In this document: positions 28,011 to 37,886 of the stretch, piece after piece
How positions within the stretch are numbered: the stretch's first letter is position 1
Layout of the letters: the number at the start of each line of letters is the position of its first letter
Source: Desulfobacterales bacterium
Lineage (GTDB): Bacteria > Desulfobacterota > Desulfobacteria > Desulfobacterales > JAQWFD01
Direction: 5' to 3'
NCBI GenBank assembly: GCA_028704555.1
Contig: JAQWFD010000008.1
Location: 14,608 to 78,607, forward strand
DNA length: 64,000 nucleotides
Translations under genes and position numbers: made by a program
Notes under the pieces: model-generated
The model's input: the letters and a program-made list of their open reading frames with translations, nothing else
Databases searched by the model: none
Told to the model about the DNA's origin: nothing

Positions 28011-31000
28011 TCAGCTCTCATTTATTTTTATTCGTCCCCAGTAGACGGTCCCCTGCTGACCGTCAATACTTATATAATCGCCGGAGTGAAGATTGACCTG
28101 ATTGAATGAACACCATTTTTCCTTTTCATTGCACAGCAGATCAGCACATCCCACGACACATATTCTCTCCAGTCTGTGCGCCACAACGGCGGCATGCGAT
28201 GTCAACCCCCCCCTGGCAGTCAACAATCCGTCTGCCGCGTAAATTTCCCGGATATCATCCGGAACGGTATCGGACCGGACCAGGATCAGAGACGTAAAGG
28301 GTTCGAGTCGTCGCCATTTATCAATTTCATCGAGATTAAATACGACCCGGCCACTGATGGCACCACCACTGACCCCGATCCCGTGGCCCAGAAATTTTTT
28401 ATCGATTATATCGTCAATATCAAACGTCAACACCTTCTTGCGTTCCCGGAAGGCCATATCTCTGGACTGTAAAATGTACAGATCGTTGACATCCGGGCTT
28501 TCGAAGGTAAATTCCATTTCCTGCGGACTCCAGCCCTTTTCATTAACCAGATCCACTGCAATACGTTTCAATGCCGAATAAATATCCGGAAAATGCGTCT
28601 GCAGACTGATATCGGTTTCCCGCTTCTCCGTACTGATTTGAATTTCTGAAATCGGAAGCGTTTGCACCAGGCCCGCAACGACATCTTCACCCTGATTTCC
28701 CTGGCTGAAATCACCCCATAGCCGAATAACGTCCTCGGACCACCTGGGATTATGGGTAAAAAAAACACCCGTACCCGATTGTCTGGATATATTACCGAAA
28801 ACCATTTTTTGAACCGTAACGGCCGTACCCCAGTCATCGGATATTCCGATGATCTTTCGATATGTTTTCGCTTTACCTGATTCCCATGAATCAGACACCC
28901 GTTTAATAATCATGGACAACTGTTCAAAAGGCTGTTCGATGATTTCAAAACCCGCATCCAAGATGAACTGTTTATAATCCAATGCCACGCGCTTCATCTG
29001 ATCGCCCGCAAATCCCCGTTTGAGCGGAATCCCCAGCCGGTGTTTGTGCGCATCGATAATGGCATCAAAATCATCTCTTTTCAGCCCGTATGACATGCCG
29101 TACCCCTGGAGAAACCGCCGGTAACTGTCCCAGGCGAACCATGCATTTCCGGTCAGGTCAGCTATACCGGAGGCGATATCTTCATTGATGCCGACATTCA
29201 AAAATGTGTCCATCATTCCGGGCTGTGAAATGGAGGCACCACTGCGAACCGAAAGCAGCAAAGGTTTTTTGGGATCGCCAAAAATTTTGCCCGTCTTTTT
29301 CTCCAGTCCTGCAATATGCTGCGCGACCTGATCGCTGAAATTCTGAGCTGCCGGCGCATAGCTCTCAATCATTTCTCTGGACCGAAACACCTCGGTGGTC
29401 ACAATAAAGCCAGGGGGAACCGGCAGCCCGTATTCTTTCAACCGGACGAGATTCGCGCCCTTATTCCCCAGATAAATAATGCTGTTGACCCGTTTATTAG
29501 GATCTTCCAAAAACGTAATCGCCCGCTGGGGATCGTAGTTGAGCAGAAGCAGTAGTTTGTCCGCCGGCACTTTATCCGATTGCCGAAAAAGCGTATGCAG
29601 TATCCGCGTTAAAAACAGATCTAACTGGGGAAGTCCCAAAGACAGGGCCAGTCTGTCCCTGGAAAATATTTCCGAAATCCTGTATTTTAATTTCTCCTGT
29701 TCCGATATTTCCTCCTGCGGGAGAAATTTTTTCAAAATCTTACCGAAAGGAATCTGAGACAGGATACGATTCAGGTTCAGATCATGAATATTGTTAAAAT
29801 AGTCATTGATGATATTTTTTACCGCCTGCGCAAATCCTTTGAAGATATCCAGAAACTGCGTAAACGTAAACCCTCTGATTCCGAGAGAATGAGCCAGAAA
29901 ATCAAGTTGCCGTTCAAACTCGGCAGATGCGATGCCATCCAGCTTCAGTACCCTGTCAAATAAAAGCAGCAGATCATTAATTTCGTAGAATGTCGCTTTA
30001 GTAATCAAATTCAGATCAATGGCATCGACCACTTCTTCCAGCAGCACATTGACCAGAGACTCAATACGAAAGGTGAGACCCAGGGCATCGAATTTCATTT
30101 CGTGATAGCACCCGTACATTGACGGGATATCCACTGCGAAATGCCTTTTTTTATAAATATCCTCCCGAATCTCATATGCCTGATCCGACAGAATCAGCTG
30201 TTTGAGCATTTCAAGATAATCGATAAGCCTGACAAGTTTCGTCCGGGTATCGGTTTCTGACAGTGCTTCATTCAGCTGATCAAGACGGGGAAACGCCCCC
30301 GCCTGAAGTTGAGCGATATAATGCCCCGTCTCAATAAAGTCAAGGTTATATTTATGATGGAGCAGCTTATAAAACGAAACGGCAAGTTCAACTCGTTTTC
30401 TGTCGATATCCGTTACGCCCGGCACATCCTTGAGCGCCTGATGCAACATATCATTCTTCAGAATCAAAAGTCCTTTCGGAAGTGCTATTCCATGATTGCT
30501 CAATGCAGTCATGCACCGGCAAACCCCGTCCACATAACGGCCTCCAGACTCGATTTCATTGAAGATAACGGGAGGAACGAACGGTTCCAGGACTGTCTTA
30601 TCCCCCGTCTCCCAGAATTTCAGGCTCGCCTCCATAAAACTGACAATCCGGTTACTGCTCTCTACATGACTCTGCTTGCGAAGAAAATGAACCAGCACGT
30701 CTTTTCGATTGAGAATCTCATCGATCTCCGTGGAAATATCTCTGAGCTGCCCCTCGGCACCGATATCGTTAAAATAGACAGGAAACAGTTTGCAAAGCTG
30801 TTTGACCAGATTATACACCGGCCCGATTCCTCTGTTCAACAACCGGGTGATATCTCTCGGAAACAGATCCGTATCCTTGATAAACACACCGCAAAGGGAC
30901 AGATGAATAATCAGATACGACAAAAGTCGCGTCGAGCGTTTCGGATTCAACTCGATCAGCTCCAGCCACGTTCTGATATTCAGCAGATGGGCCGGATTGA

Positions 31001-32195
31001 CTTTGATCTGCCAGTCATTTCCCACCCCTCCGATCATCGGCACCTGAAAGCCCAGATTGATCATCGAATCGATAAAAAAATTGACAAGATCGATGTCATC
31101 GGTTTTATACACGCCCTTACCCACATTCAGCACACAGCTGAGCGATGTGCCGGGGTAATGTTCAAATCTCGATTTTAAAATGGAAAATGTCTTATCGATG
31201 AGTTTGCTGATATTCTGGTGCTTTTCATTGATAATCACCCAGCTCAACGTCCGGTTGATATCTCTCAGGCAATCTTCATGGATTAATGAAAGACCGGATA
31301 CATGCATGATATGAAAAAGAAATATCAGCTTCCATTTATTGTTTCCCTCTTCATTTTGCGCCCCCTCGACAAACAAAGCCCGGGGAATGGTTTTGTAGAC
31401 ATCCACAATCTCATTATATCCGGGGAGGCCAACGACCTGTTCCAGACAAAGCTGTAAATTATTCGGGTATTGCCGAACGGCATTTTCAAGAGAAATCTGC
31501 AATTGCTGAATATGGTTATGGGATACGTCCCTGAAGATAGCCTTCAGCCGGCCGGGCCTTTGGATATCGCCTGCTTCAGCTTCAAACCAGGCTTGCGGAT
31601 CAGGCTCATTCAGCCAGTAGGAATACGTATGCAGATAATACCGGGTCAGCAGCAAATTTATTTCCTTCAGGTCGATCTCAACATCATATGATTTTTTCAG
31701 AATAATTTCTGCCAGCTTCTTGATTTGATAATAACTCTTGACGAAAAGAACGAACACCTCATCCGGATAATGCCTTACACGATGGAATGCCACATCCAGT
31801 ACCGGCATAAACCGTTGGAGCTGGTCGCCTGAATCCTTGATGACTTTCTGAATAAACAGGAGAAAATAATCGATTGCCTCAGCCCTGACCCCATCATTTA
31901 CAGTCGATTCGATGGATCTGGTAAAAATATCGACGAAAAGACCTGCGCCCTCGGGTCCTTTCAGATGATTTTTAAACAGGTGAAAATAATCCAGCGAATA
32001 ACTCCTTGCTTCCTTGACAATAAACTGCCAGTTCATATAGGGGTGCGATAATTCTTTGAGAAACGTAGTCAATCCGGGCATGAGCCCGTAATACTTTGAC
32101 ATTATCTCTATCAAGGGAGAATACTTGGGATCCACACTCACATCAACGCTATAGCTGGCGATATTCGCTTCAAGTGCTTTCGATTCTATCTTCAA
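28011..32195 (-). CDS. 1394-aa fusion: about 860-aa helical N-terminal region I could not assign, plus PPDK-type ATP-grasp (PPDK_N) and PEP-utilizer phospho-His swivel domain; no PEP/pyruvate barrel
   Basis: C-terminal third: LGNKGANLVRLKEYGLPVPPGFIVTTE, LLSVRSGASISQPGMMDTFLNVG, and GGLTSHAAVVAHRL (swivel His). The ORF ends about 55 aa after the His motif. I recognised no motif in residues 1-860. Confidence 0.85.
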   Translation of the reverse strand: MKIESKALEANIASYSVDVSVDPKYSPLIEIMSKYYGLMPGLTTFLKELSHPYMNWQFIVKEARSYSLDYFHLFKNHLKGPEGAGLFVDIFTRSIESTVNDGVRAEAIDYFLLFIQKVIKDSGDQLQRFMPVLDVAFHRVRHYPDEVFVLFVKSYYQIKKLAEIILKKSYDVEIDLKEINLLLTRYYLHTYSYWLNEPDPQAWFEAEAGDIQRPGRLKAIFRDVSHNHIQQLQISLENAVRQYPNNLQLCLEQVVGLPGYNEIVDVYKTIPRALFVEGAQNEEGNNKWKLIFLFHIMHVSGLSLIHEDCLRDINRTLSWVIINEKHQNISKLIDKTFSILKSRFEHYPGTSLSCVLNVGKGVYKTDDIDLVNFFIDSMINLGFQVPMIGGVGNDWQIKVNPAHLLNIRTWLELIELNPKRSTRLLSYLIIHLSLCGVFIKDTDLFPRDITRLLNRGIGPVYNLVKQLCKLFPVYFNDIGAEGQLRDISTEIDEILNRKDVLVHFLRKQSHVESSNRIVSFMEASLKFWETGDKTVLEPFVPPVIFNEIESGGRYVDGVCRCMTALSNHGIALPKGLLILKNDMLHQALKDVPGVTDIDRKRVELAVSFYKLLHHKYNLDFIETGHYIAQLQAGAFPRLDQLNEALSETDTRTKLVRLIDYLEMLKQLILSDQAYEIREDIYKKRHFAVDIPSMYGCYHEMKFDALGLTFRIESLVNVLLEEVVDAIDLNLITKATFYEINDLLLLFDRVLKLDGIASAEFERQLDFLAHSLGIRGFTFTQFLDIFKGFAQAVKNIINDYFNNIHDLNLNRILSQIPFGKILKKFLPQEEISEQEKLKYRISEIFSRDRLALSLGLPQLDLFLTRILHTLFRQSDKVPADKLLLLLNYDPQRAITFLEDPNKRVNSIIYLGNKGANLVRLKEYGLPVPPGFIVTTEVFRSREMIESYAPAAQNFSDQVAQHIAGLEKKTGKIFGDPKKPLLLSVRSGASISQPGMMDTFLNVGINEDIASGIADLTGNAWFAWDSYRRFLQGYGMSYGLKRDDFDAIIDAHKHRLGIPLKRGFAGDQMKRVALDYKQFILDAGFEIIEQPFEQLSMIIKRVSDSWESGKAKTYRKIIGISDDWGTAVTVQKMVFGNISRQSGTGVFFTHNPRWSEDVIRLWGDFSQGNQGEDVVAGLVQTLPISEIQISTEKRETDISLQTHFPDIYSALKRIAVDLVNEKGWSPQEMEFTFESPDVNDLYILQSRDMAFRERKKVLTFDIDDIIDKKFLGHGIGVSGGAISGRVVFNLDEIDKWRRLEPFTSLILVRSDTVPDDIREIYAADGLLTARGGLTSHAAVVAHRLERICVVGCADLLCNEKEKWCSFNQVNLHSGDYISIDGQQGTVYWGRIKINES

Positions 32196-32479
32196 CCACT
32201 ACTCCTCTTAACATATAAAACCTGCTTCAGTGCTACCGACAAACAATTCTACCGAATTGCAACATACCTGTTGGTTTCGAATTGATAGGAATAACCTGGC
32301 GAGTTTCATATGAGAAAAAAACACAATAAACCTGGAATGCTCCGGACGGCAATACACAAATACGGCACTTATCGCAACAATGGGCGAGCTAAACAGGCAA
32401 GCAATCCTGTGTTTGTATATTGAAATGAAATTACTGAGTTTATCTTAACAAAGGGGAAAAAAAATTTCAATACAAATTA

Positions 32480-32638
32480 AGGGTTCACTCAGAAATAAGT
32501 TCGCAATTTTAAGTGTTGAGGCGCTTGTCTGGCAGTGCACGAAAGCGCAGGAATATCAAGCATATTCCGAGCTTTCGTAACGCAGCCAGACAGGATGCAT
32601 CGGCGCTTAAAATGTGAAGTTATTTCTGAGTGAACCCT
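32480..32638. repeat. 159-nt near-perfect palindrome (long hairpin; MITE-like or structured RNA)
   Basis: Outer arms agggttcactcagaaataa (32480-32498) and ttatttctgagtgaaccct (32620-32638) are a perfect 19 bp. Further paired blocks are ttttaag, tgtctggc, acgaaagc and ggaatat. The apex loop caagc is at 32557-32561. Confidence 0.85.
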
Positions 32639-32762
32639 AAGCGTTTCTGGCTTTATTCAAACGTCAACAACCGCTCAGCATGCTTACGCTTAACAGGCGG
32701 TTAGAAAACACGGGGAGGGCACGTCGCGGTCAGCACGTTAAATCAAGGAGATCGGAAATCCG

Positions 32763-32829
32763 GGCTTGATCATAACTGCGGCCATATTCTCTTACGTGTA
32801 GTTTCGAAGTCCCGGCCGCTGCCGGCGTA
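32763..32829 (+). repeat. Copy A (partial) of a 67-nt intergenic repeat shared with 41594-41660
   Basis: ggcttgatcataactgcggccatattctcttacgtgtagtttcgaagtcccggccgctgccggcgta. Hand alignment gives 63/67 identity with copy B, same orientation. Confidence 0.85.
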
Positions 32830-32913
32830 CGACATGGCGCGATCCGGGAAAAAGCTGCCGGCCCATGTGACAAACGCATCGGCCGGCAGCCTGAATTCCC
32901 GTCATCAACAAAG

Positions 32914-34494
32914 TTATCGGATCTGAAACGGTTCACCCATATGAGGGATAAAGGCATCATAGCCCTCTTCCCTTAATTTTTCTGTAAATCCCGTTGATTC
33001 ATGATCCTCGCCATGAACAACCGCAATCTGACTGATATTCAGATTCGACATTTTCAAGAATCGGAGCATCTCTGTCTGGTCCGCATGTGCACTGAACCCC
33101 CTGAGTCGTACCACGCGGGCGCAGAGCGGATAGGATTTGTTGAGGAATTTGAGCATTGGCGGGGGGCCCACTCGTCCTGATTTTTCATATTCCCATCCCA
33201 GATCCCGGATACGGCGTCCCAGCGTATTTTCCGCCATATAGCCGACAATAAGAATGGTATTTTTGGGATTATGGACTTTATACCTCAAATGATGAAGGAT
33301 TCTGCCGGCTTCACACATACCCGACGAGGCAATGACGATATGCGAATCTTCTTTCTGCATCAACGCCATGGACGCTTCAACCGACTGGACAAACTCCAGA
33401 TGACTGAACGAAAAAGGATTCTTGGCATTTGCCAGAAAGGTTTCATGAGTCTGGCGGTCATAGACTTCGGGGTGCTCGCCAAACACCTTTGTCAATTTCA
33501 TGGCCAGCGGGCTGTCGACATATACCGGTATTTTCGGCACTTCATTATCATCATAAAGTTCATGCAGCACATACACCAGTTCCTGGGTCCGGCCAAAGGC
33601 AAATGCCGGGATGACGATAGACCCTCCTCTGTTGACCGTCTCGATGATCACCTGTTTCACTCGCTCTTTCAGATCGTCAATGGGGCCGTGATGACGTGTG
33701 CCATAGGTACTTTCCATAATCATCAGATCGATGTCCCGGTCCTCTTCCGGAAACAGGGTGTTCGGATCCCTGATAATCGGCCGGTCAAACCTGCCGATAT
33801 CCCCGGTATAAATAATTCTAAATAAACGACCATTTTCACGGACTTTGATCATGCACATGGCAGAACCTAAAATATGACCCGCCTCGTAGAAGGTACAGGT
33901 CATATCCCTGCCAACCGTGACCGGCTCTCTGTACGGGTATCCCTCAAAAGCGGAAAGCGACTGCTCGGCATCTTCTACGGTATACAGGGGTTCAATAAAT
34001 TCAAGCCGGTATTTTGCGATAAGCTGATTGATCACATCGGTATTGAGCGCATGCATGTCTTTTTTCAACAGCTTCTTGATTTCATTCATTCTGCGTTTGG
34101 ACGACGGCTTTGAGCCATCGAAGGATTTCAGGCCATACAGATTGGACCGCAAGGTTTTATAATTGAGATACTGGGCATCGGATTCCTGAATATGCGCGCT
34201 GTCGAGTAAAAGAAATTCACACGCATCCATAGTCGGTCGCGTACAGATAATATGCCCTTTAAAATTATTTTTTACCAACAGGGGAATACGTCCGGAATGA
34301 TCGATGTGGCCGTGAGAAAGCACAACATTGGTGAGCATTTCCGGATCAAAGGGAAGCACACTGTTTTTCAGATTACTTTCCTTTCTCCGCCCTTGAAACA
34401 TTCCGCAATCCAACAGCACTCTGTCGCTGTGAGAGGAAATCAGGTGCATTGATCCTGTCACTTCCCTTACCGCGCCGTAAAATGTAACATTCAT
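32914..34494 (-). CDS. MBL-fold beta-CASP family ribonuclease/hydrolase
   Basis: 526 aa. HGHIDHSG motif, and an MBL + beta-CASP + C-terminal RNA-metabolising-type layout (ESTYG, HADQ-type SAHAD). Confidence 0.85.
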   Translation of the reverse strand: MNVTFYGAVREVTGSMHLISSHSDRVLLDCGMFQGRRKESNLKNSVLPFDPEMLTNVVLSHGHIDHSGRIPLLVKNNFKGHIICTRPTMDACEFLLLDSAHIQESDAQYLNYKTLRSNLYGLKSFDGSKPSSKRRMNEIKKLLKKDMHALNTDVINQLIAKYRLEFIEPLYTVEDAEQSLSAFEGYPYREPVTVGRDMTCTFYEAGHILGSAMCMIKVRENGRLFRIIYTGDIGRFDRPIIRDPNTLFPEEDRDIDLMIMESTYGTRHHGPIDDLKERVKQVIIETVNRGGSIVIPAFAFGRTQELVYVLHELYDDNEVPKIPVYVDSPLAMKLTKVFGEHPEVYDRQTHETFLANAKNPFSFSHLEFVQSVEASMALMQKEDSHIVIASSGMCEAGRILHHLRYKVHNPKNTILIVGYMAENTLGRRIRDLGWEYEKSGRVGPPPMLKFLNKSYPLCARVVRLRGFSAHADQTEMLRFLKMSNLNISQIAVVHGEDHESTGFTEKLREEGYDAFIPHMGEPFQIR

Positions 34495-34681
34495 CGCTTC
34501 ACCCCATCTTTACTGGTTATCGCTCATCTGAAAGGTTTCTTTTTTTACAACTCAATTATTCACTGCCCGTTAAAATATCTTATATTGATAAAAATTACCA
34601 GAACGTTTTACCATTGGAAAAAGCAATCAACCTGTTGCCGTTCATGTCCCGGGGTAATGACAGATAAAGCCTTATTCCGTC

Positions 34682-34710
34682 TTGACACAATATGCTCAGT
34701 TTTCTATATG
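34682..34710 (+). promoter_or_regulatory. Sigma70-like promoter candidate for hslO
   Basis: TTGACA (34682-34687), 17-nt spacer, TATATG (34705-34710), about 35 nt before the ATG. Confidence 0.4.
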
Positions 34711-34743
34711 TCTTAGCACAAAGTCAAAAAAGGATAAGGGATT

Positions 34744-35733
34744 ATGATAAATAAGAAAATGAAAGACGAAACGGTCAAAGAGCAACTCTCTGCCGGCGCT
34801 AAAGACAAATTGTATCATTTTTTACTGCACAGAGGCGCCATTCGCGGGGGCATCGTTCACAGCACACGAATGATCAATCAAATGCGTGCCAACCATGAAA
34901 TCGGAATTCTGGAAACCGTGGCGCTGGGGCATGCCTTGATGGGAGGCGCTTTGATAGCCAGCGATTTAAAAGGCAATGACCGGATTCGTCTCGAAATCGA
35001 ATGCTCAGGACCTATCAAGGGACTTGTCGTCGAGGCCAATGCCTTTGGCGACGTACGGGGGTTTTTGAAGCAAGTCCCGATTCCGGTGGAAAAACCTTTA
35101 GACAGTTTTGATCTGTCCTCATTTTTCGGAGCGGGATTTTTATCGATCACCCGGTTTCTGGAAGACGACAAAGCCCCCTTTACCGGAAACGTCATGCTTC
35201 AATACGGCAATATTGCCCAGGATCTGGCCCATTATTTCCTTCATTCGGAACAGGTGCCTGCTTCTTTTAACCTGAGCATCCAGTTTGATTCCGGCGGAAA
35301 TGTAACCGGGGCAGGCGGTCTTTTTCTTCAAACGATGCCGGGTGCCGGCGAAACAACGGTAGCTGAGATTGAAGCGCTCATCAGGCAGCTTCCGTCTTTG
35401 GGCGCTGTATTTTCTGATGGCACCGACCCTGTTCAATTTATCCGAGATGTATTCAAAGCACACGCGCCTGAGTTTCTGGCAAGCCGGCGAATCGAATTTT
35501 TGTGTCCTTGCGGGCAGGATTTTTTTCGCGCTATTCTCGCCCACATGCCCGCTGACGAATTGGCCGACATGATTTCAACCGATCCGTTTCCGTTGGAACT
35601 GCGCTGCCAGTACTGCAACACGCCGTATTATTTCAGCAAAAATGATCTTCAACACATTTACGAAAGACGACACCATATGAGCGAAGGATACGTTGACAAG
35701 TCATTGATGACCGGCACCCCGGATGATATATAA
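34744..35733 (+). CDS. hslO: Hsp33 redox-regulated chaperone
   Basis: 329 aa. Hsp33 fold with the C-terminal zinc centre CPCG...CQYC. Confidence 0.9.
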   Translation: MINKKMKDETVKEQLSAGAKDKLYHFLLHRGAIRGGIVHSTRMINQMRANHEIGILETVALGHALMGGALIASDLKGNDRIRLEIECSGPIKGLVVEANAFGDVRGFLKQVPIPVEKPLDSFDLSSFFGAGFLSITRFLEDDKAPFTGNVMLQYGNIAQDLAHYFLHSEQVPASFNLSIQFDSGGNVTGAGGLFLQTMPGAGETTVAEIEALIRQLPSLGAVFSDGTDPVQFIRDVFKAHAPEFLASRRIEFLCPCGQDFFRAILAHMPADELADMISTDPFPLELRCQYCNTPYYFSKNDLQHIYERRHHMSEGYVDKSLMTGTPDDI

Positions 35734-35815
35734 TCCCTCACACCTACCATTTTGGGATATTATAACCCCAACGGTTTCCATGGGGAATATTACTGTAATC
35801 AGGAGAAAAATCAAT

Positions 35816-36358
35816 ATGGAACAAACTGAAAAACCGCGGCAGGTTTCTGTTTCAAACGAGCTCCCCGGGTATTGTTCGTTGTGGAAAGCGCTCAGACTGA
35901 TCAATCCGGAACATCTTTTTGCTGCAATCATTATCGGACTGGCACTGACGGGGATGGCATTCGGGGTTGGATATAAGTATCTTGTAAAACGCGTCATAGC
36001 CGCCCGGATTCAATCGGGAACCGAGCAAACCGTTATCCGTCCGGACATCAGTCAATTTAATGCCCTGCAGGCTAAAGAACGCTTTTTTTCCTTGTACGTA
36101 AACTATCTGAGTTCAAAGCAACGGCATTCGGCAAACGATTCCATTGAAAACAGAGAAAATGTTGATCGAAGTCGATCCGAGCTGGAGTCATTGATCCGGG
36201 AATGGACGGATCAGGGGGAAACCGCCTCAGATATGATTCAGATCGATACCCGGTATACCGATTCATCCGGAATCCGGCATGTTGCACTGACCTTTGCATA
36301 TGACAATTCCGTCGTACTGATGGAGCCTGAATTTAACCTCAGCGTATCAGCGCCCTGA
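35816..36358 (+). CDS. Hypothetical single-pass membrane protein
   Basis: ATG 35816 is preceded by aggag. TM segment LFAAIIIGLALTGMAFGVGY. The tracked start at 35723 overlaps the hslO end and is less likely. Confidence 0.5.
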   Translation: MEQTEKPRQVSVSNELPGYCSLWKALRLINPEHLFAAIIIGLALTGMAFGVGYKYLVKRVIAARIQSGTEQTVIRPDISQFNALQAKERFFSLYVNYLSSKQRHSANDSIENRENVDRSRSELESLIREWTDQGETASDMIQIDTRYTDSSGIRHVALTFAYDNSVVLMEPEFNLSVSAP

Positions 36359-36420
36359 TTATTTGATGATGGGATCATCAAATAACTGGAAGAGGAAGCT
36401 ATAACAGCTTCCTCTTTTAG
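36359..36420 (+). terminator. Tandem hairpins; the second is a rho-independent terminator
   Basis: ttatttgatgat-ggg-atcatcaaataa is a perfect 12 bp. It is followed by ggaagaggaagct-ataac-agcttcctctttt. Confidence 0.7.
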
Positions 36421-36493
36421 GATATTTTCCCTCCCGACACCAGTTTAGCAGCAGATATCATCATCCTTCGGAACGAAACAGAACGTTTGGAGT

Positions 36494-37639
36494 TCAAATG
36501 CCTTTCAAATTGAAGGAACCATCCAGTACGATCTCTTCCTGACCTTTTTTCAACGGAAGTTCATAACCGTTTCCGGGCAGATGAAATCCACAGGAACGAC
36601 GGACAATGAGTACCGGATCTAAAATAATGCGGGTGGAAATATAAGAGGATTCACCCCGGATTTTCGCGATGAGATTGTCTACGGCCATCCGACCCATGAT
36701 TGCCTTTTTCTGTGTGACTGTGGTCAGATCAACGCCAGGCAGTCTCCCCATCTCAATATCGTCAAACCCGATCACCGCCATATCCTCCGGAACGCTGATA
36801 CCTTCCCTGTAGAGCCGTTCAAGAACGCCAACGGCCATATGATCACTATGGGCAAATATGGCGGTGGGCCTGTCTTTCTCGCGCAGCAATTCGCCGGTCA
36901 GGCGATATCCGCAATCCTGATAAAAATCTCCAATTTTAATCAGTTCCTGACAGGGCATGACCCCATTTGCCTTAAAGGCCGCCAGCGATCCCTGGAGGCG
37001 GTGTTTTCCCGTAAGCGTCCCCTGATCACCGGTAATGATGGCGATACGCCTGTTCCCCATTTGCAGAAGGTGTTTGACGGCAATGTACCCGCCGCGCTTG
37101 TTATCCACGACAATAAAATCAACCGGTGGATCCCCCATATTCTGTTTGACGCCTCTCAGGGCCAGAATAAACGGAACTCCGAACTGAATCAGATCGGATA
37201 CAACCGGATCCTTCTCATGGGCAGAGCATATGATGAGTCCGTCAACTCCCCGATCCATCAGATCCTGAACAGATCGTCTTTCATCCTCGATACCGCCCCG
37301 GACCGAACTGATAATGACGCTGTACCCTATTTCTTTGCACCTGGCGATAATATCCTGGGATATTTCCGAATAAAACGGGTTTACCAGAGTGGTTATCACC
37401 AGTCCTAACGTATAACACTCCTGTTTCAGAAGCGCCCGGGCCGCAAAATTCGGCCGGTAGCTCAGCCGCTTGGCAATCTCAAGTATCCGTTTACGGGTTT
37501 CAGCCCCAACTCTGGATGTCTCATTATCTTTCAATACTAGCGATACAGTAGTTGAAGAAACGTTAGCTTCTTTCGCCACATCTTTCAAAGTTGTTTTGGG
37601 GCGCCGTGTCGTTTTAATAGATACCTCCTTGTCACGCAA
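36494..37639 (-). CDS. LacI-family transcriptional regulator
   Basis: N-terminal HTH TLKDVAKEANVSSTTVSLVLKD plus a periplasmic-binding-protein-like sugar-binding core. Confidence 0.9.
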   Translation of the reverse strand: MRDKEVSIKTTRRPKTTLKDVAKEANVSSTTVSLVLKDNETSRVGAETRKRILEIAKRLSYRPNFAARALLKQECYTLGLVITTLVNPFYSEISQDIIARCKEIGYSVIISSVRGGIEDERRSVQDLMDRGVDGLIICSAHEKDPVVSDLIQFGVPFILALRGVKQNMGDPPVDFIVVDNKRGGYIAVKHLLQMGNRRIAIITGDQGTLTGKHRLQGSLAAFKANGVMPCQELIKIGDFYQDCGYRLTGELLREKDRPTAIFAHSDHMAVGVLERLYREGISVPEDMAVIGFDDIEMGRLPGVDLTTVTQKKAIMGRMAVDNLIAKIRGESSYISTRIILDPVLIVRRSCGFHLPGNGYELPLKKGQEEIVLDGSFNLKGI

Positions 37640-37886
37640 TTATACACGTTGGCATTTAAAACGAATCGTATTAAATACCACTGTGATAAAGTAATAAACT
37701 GTTTAGCTTAATAGAATGTTAGCAACCGAAGCCTCTGCTATTATCAACAATCAACTGCAAATTTCAACTGTTAATTTGTTTCATCTGATAAAATGCTGCC
37801 GGTCTGGAATTTAAACCGGAAACGCAGTCCTTAAAAACAAATTTGCTCCACGACAACAATGCGGATATCCAATGCTTCCTTAATCT

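Noticed and set aside
32480-32638. 6S RNA (ssrS) as the identity of the long hairpin
   Set aside because: 6S RNA needs a large central bubble mimicking an open promoter and an imperfect closing stem. This hairpin is paired almost throughout, with a perfect 19-bp base.
32730-32960. 76-aa (minus) and 78-aa (plus, 41569-41805) ORFs overlapping the two repeat copies
   Set aside because: The shared 67 nt would be read on opposite strands in the two ORFs, so the conservation cannot be protein-coding. Both are Arg/Pro/Gly-rich shadows of GC-rich palindromes.
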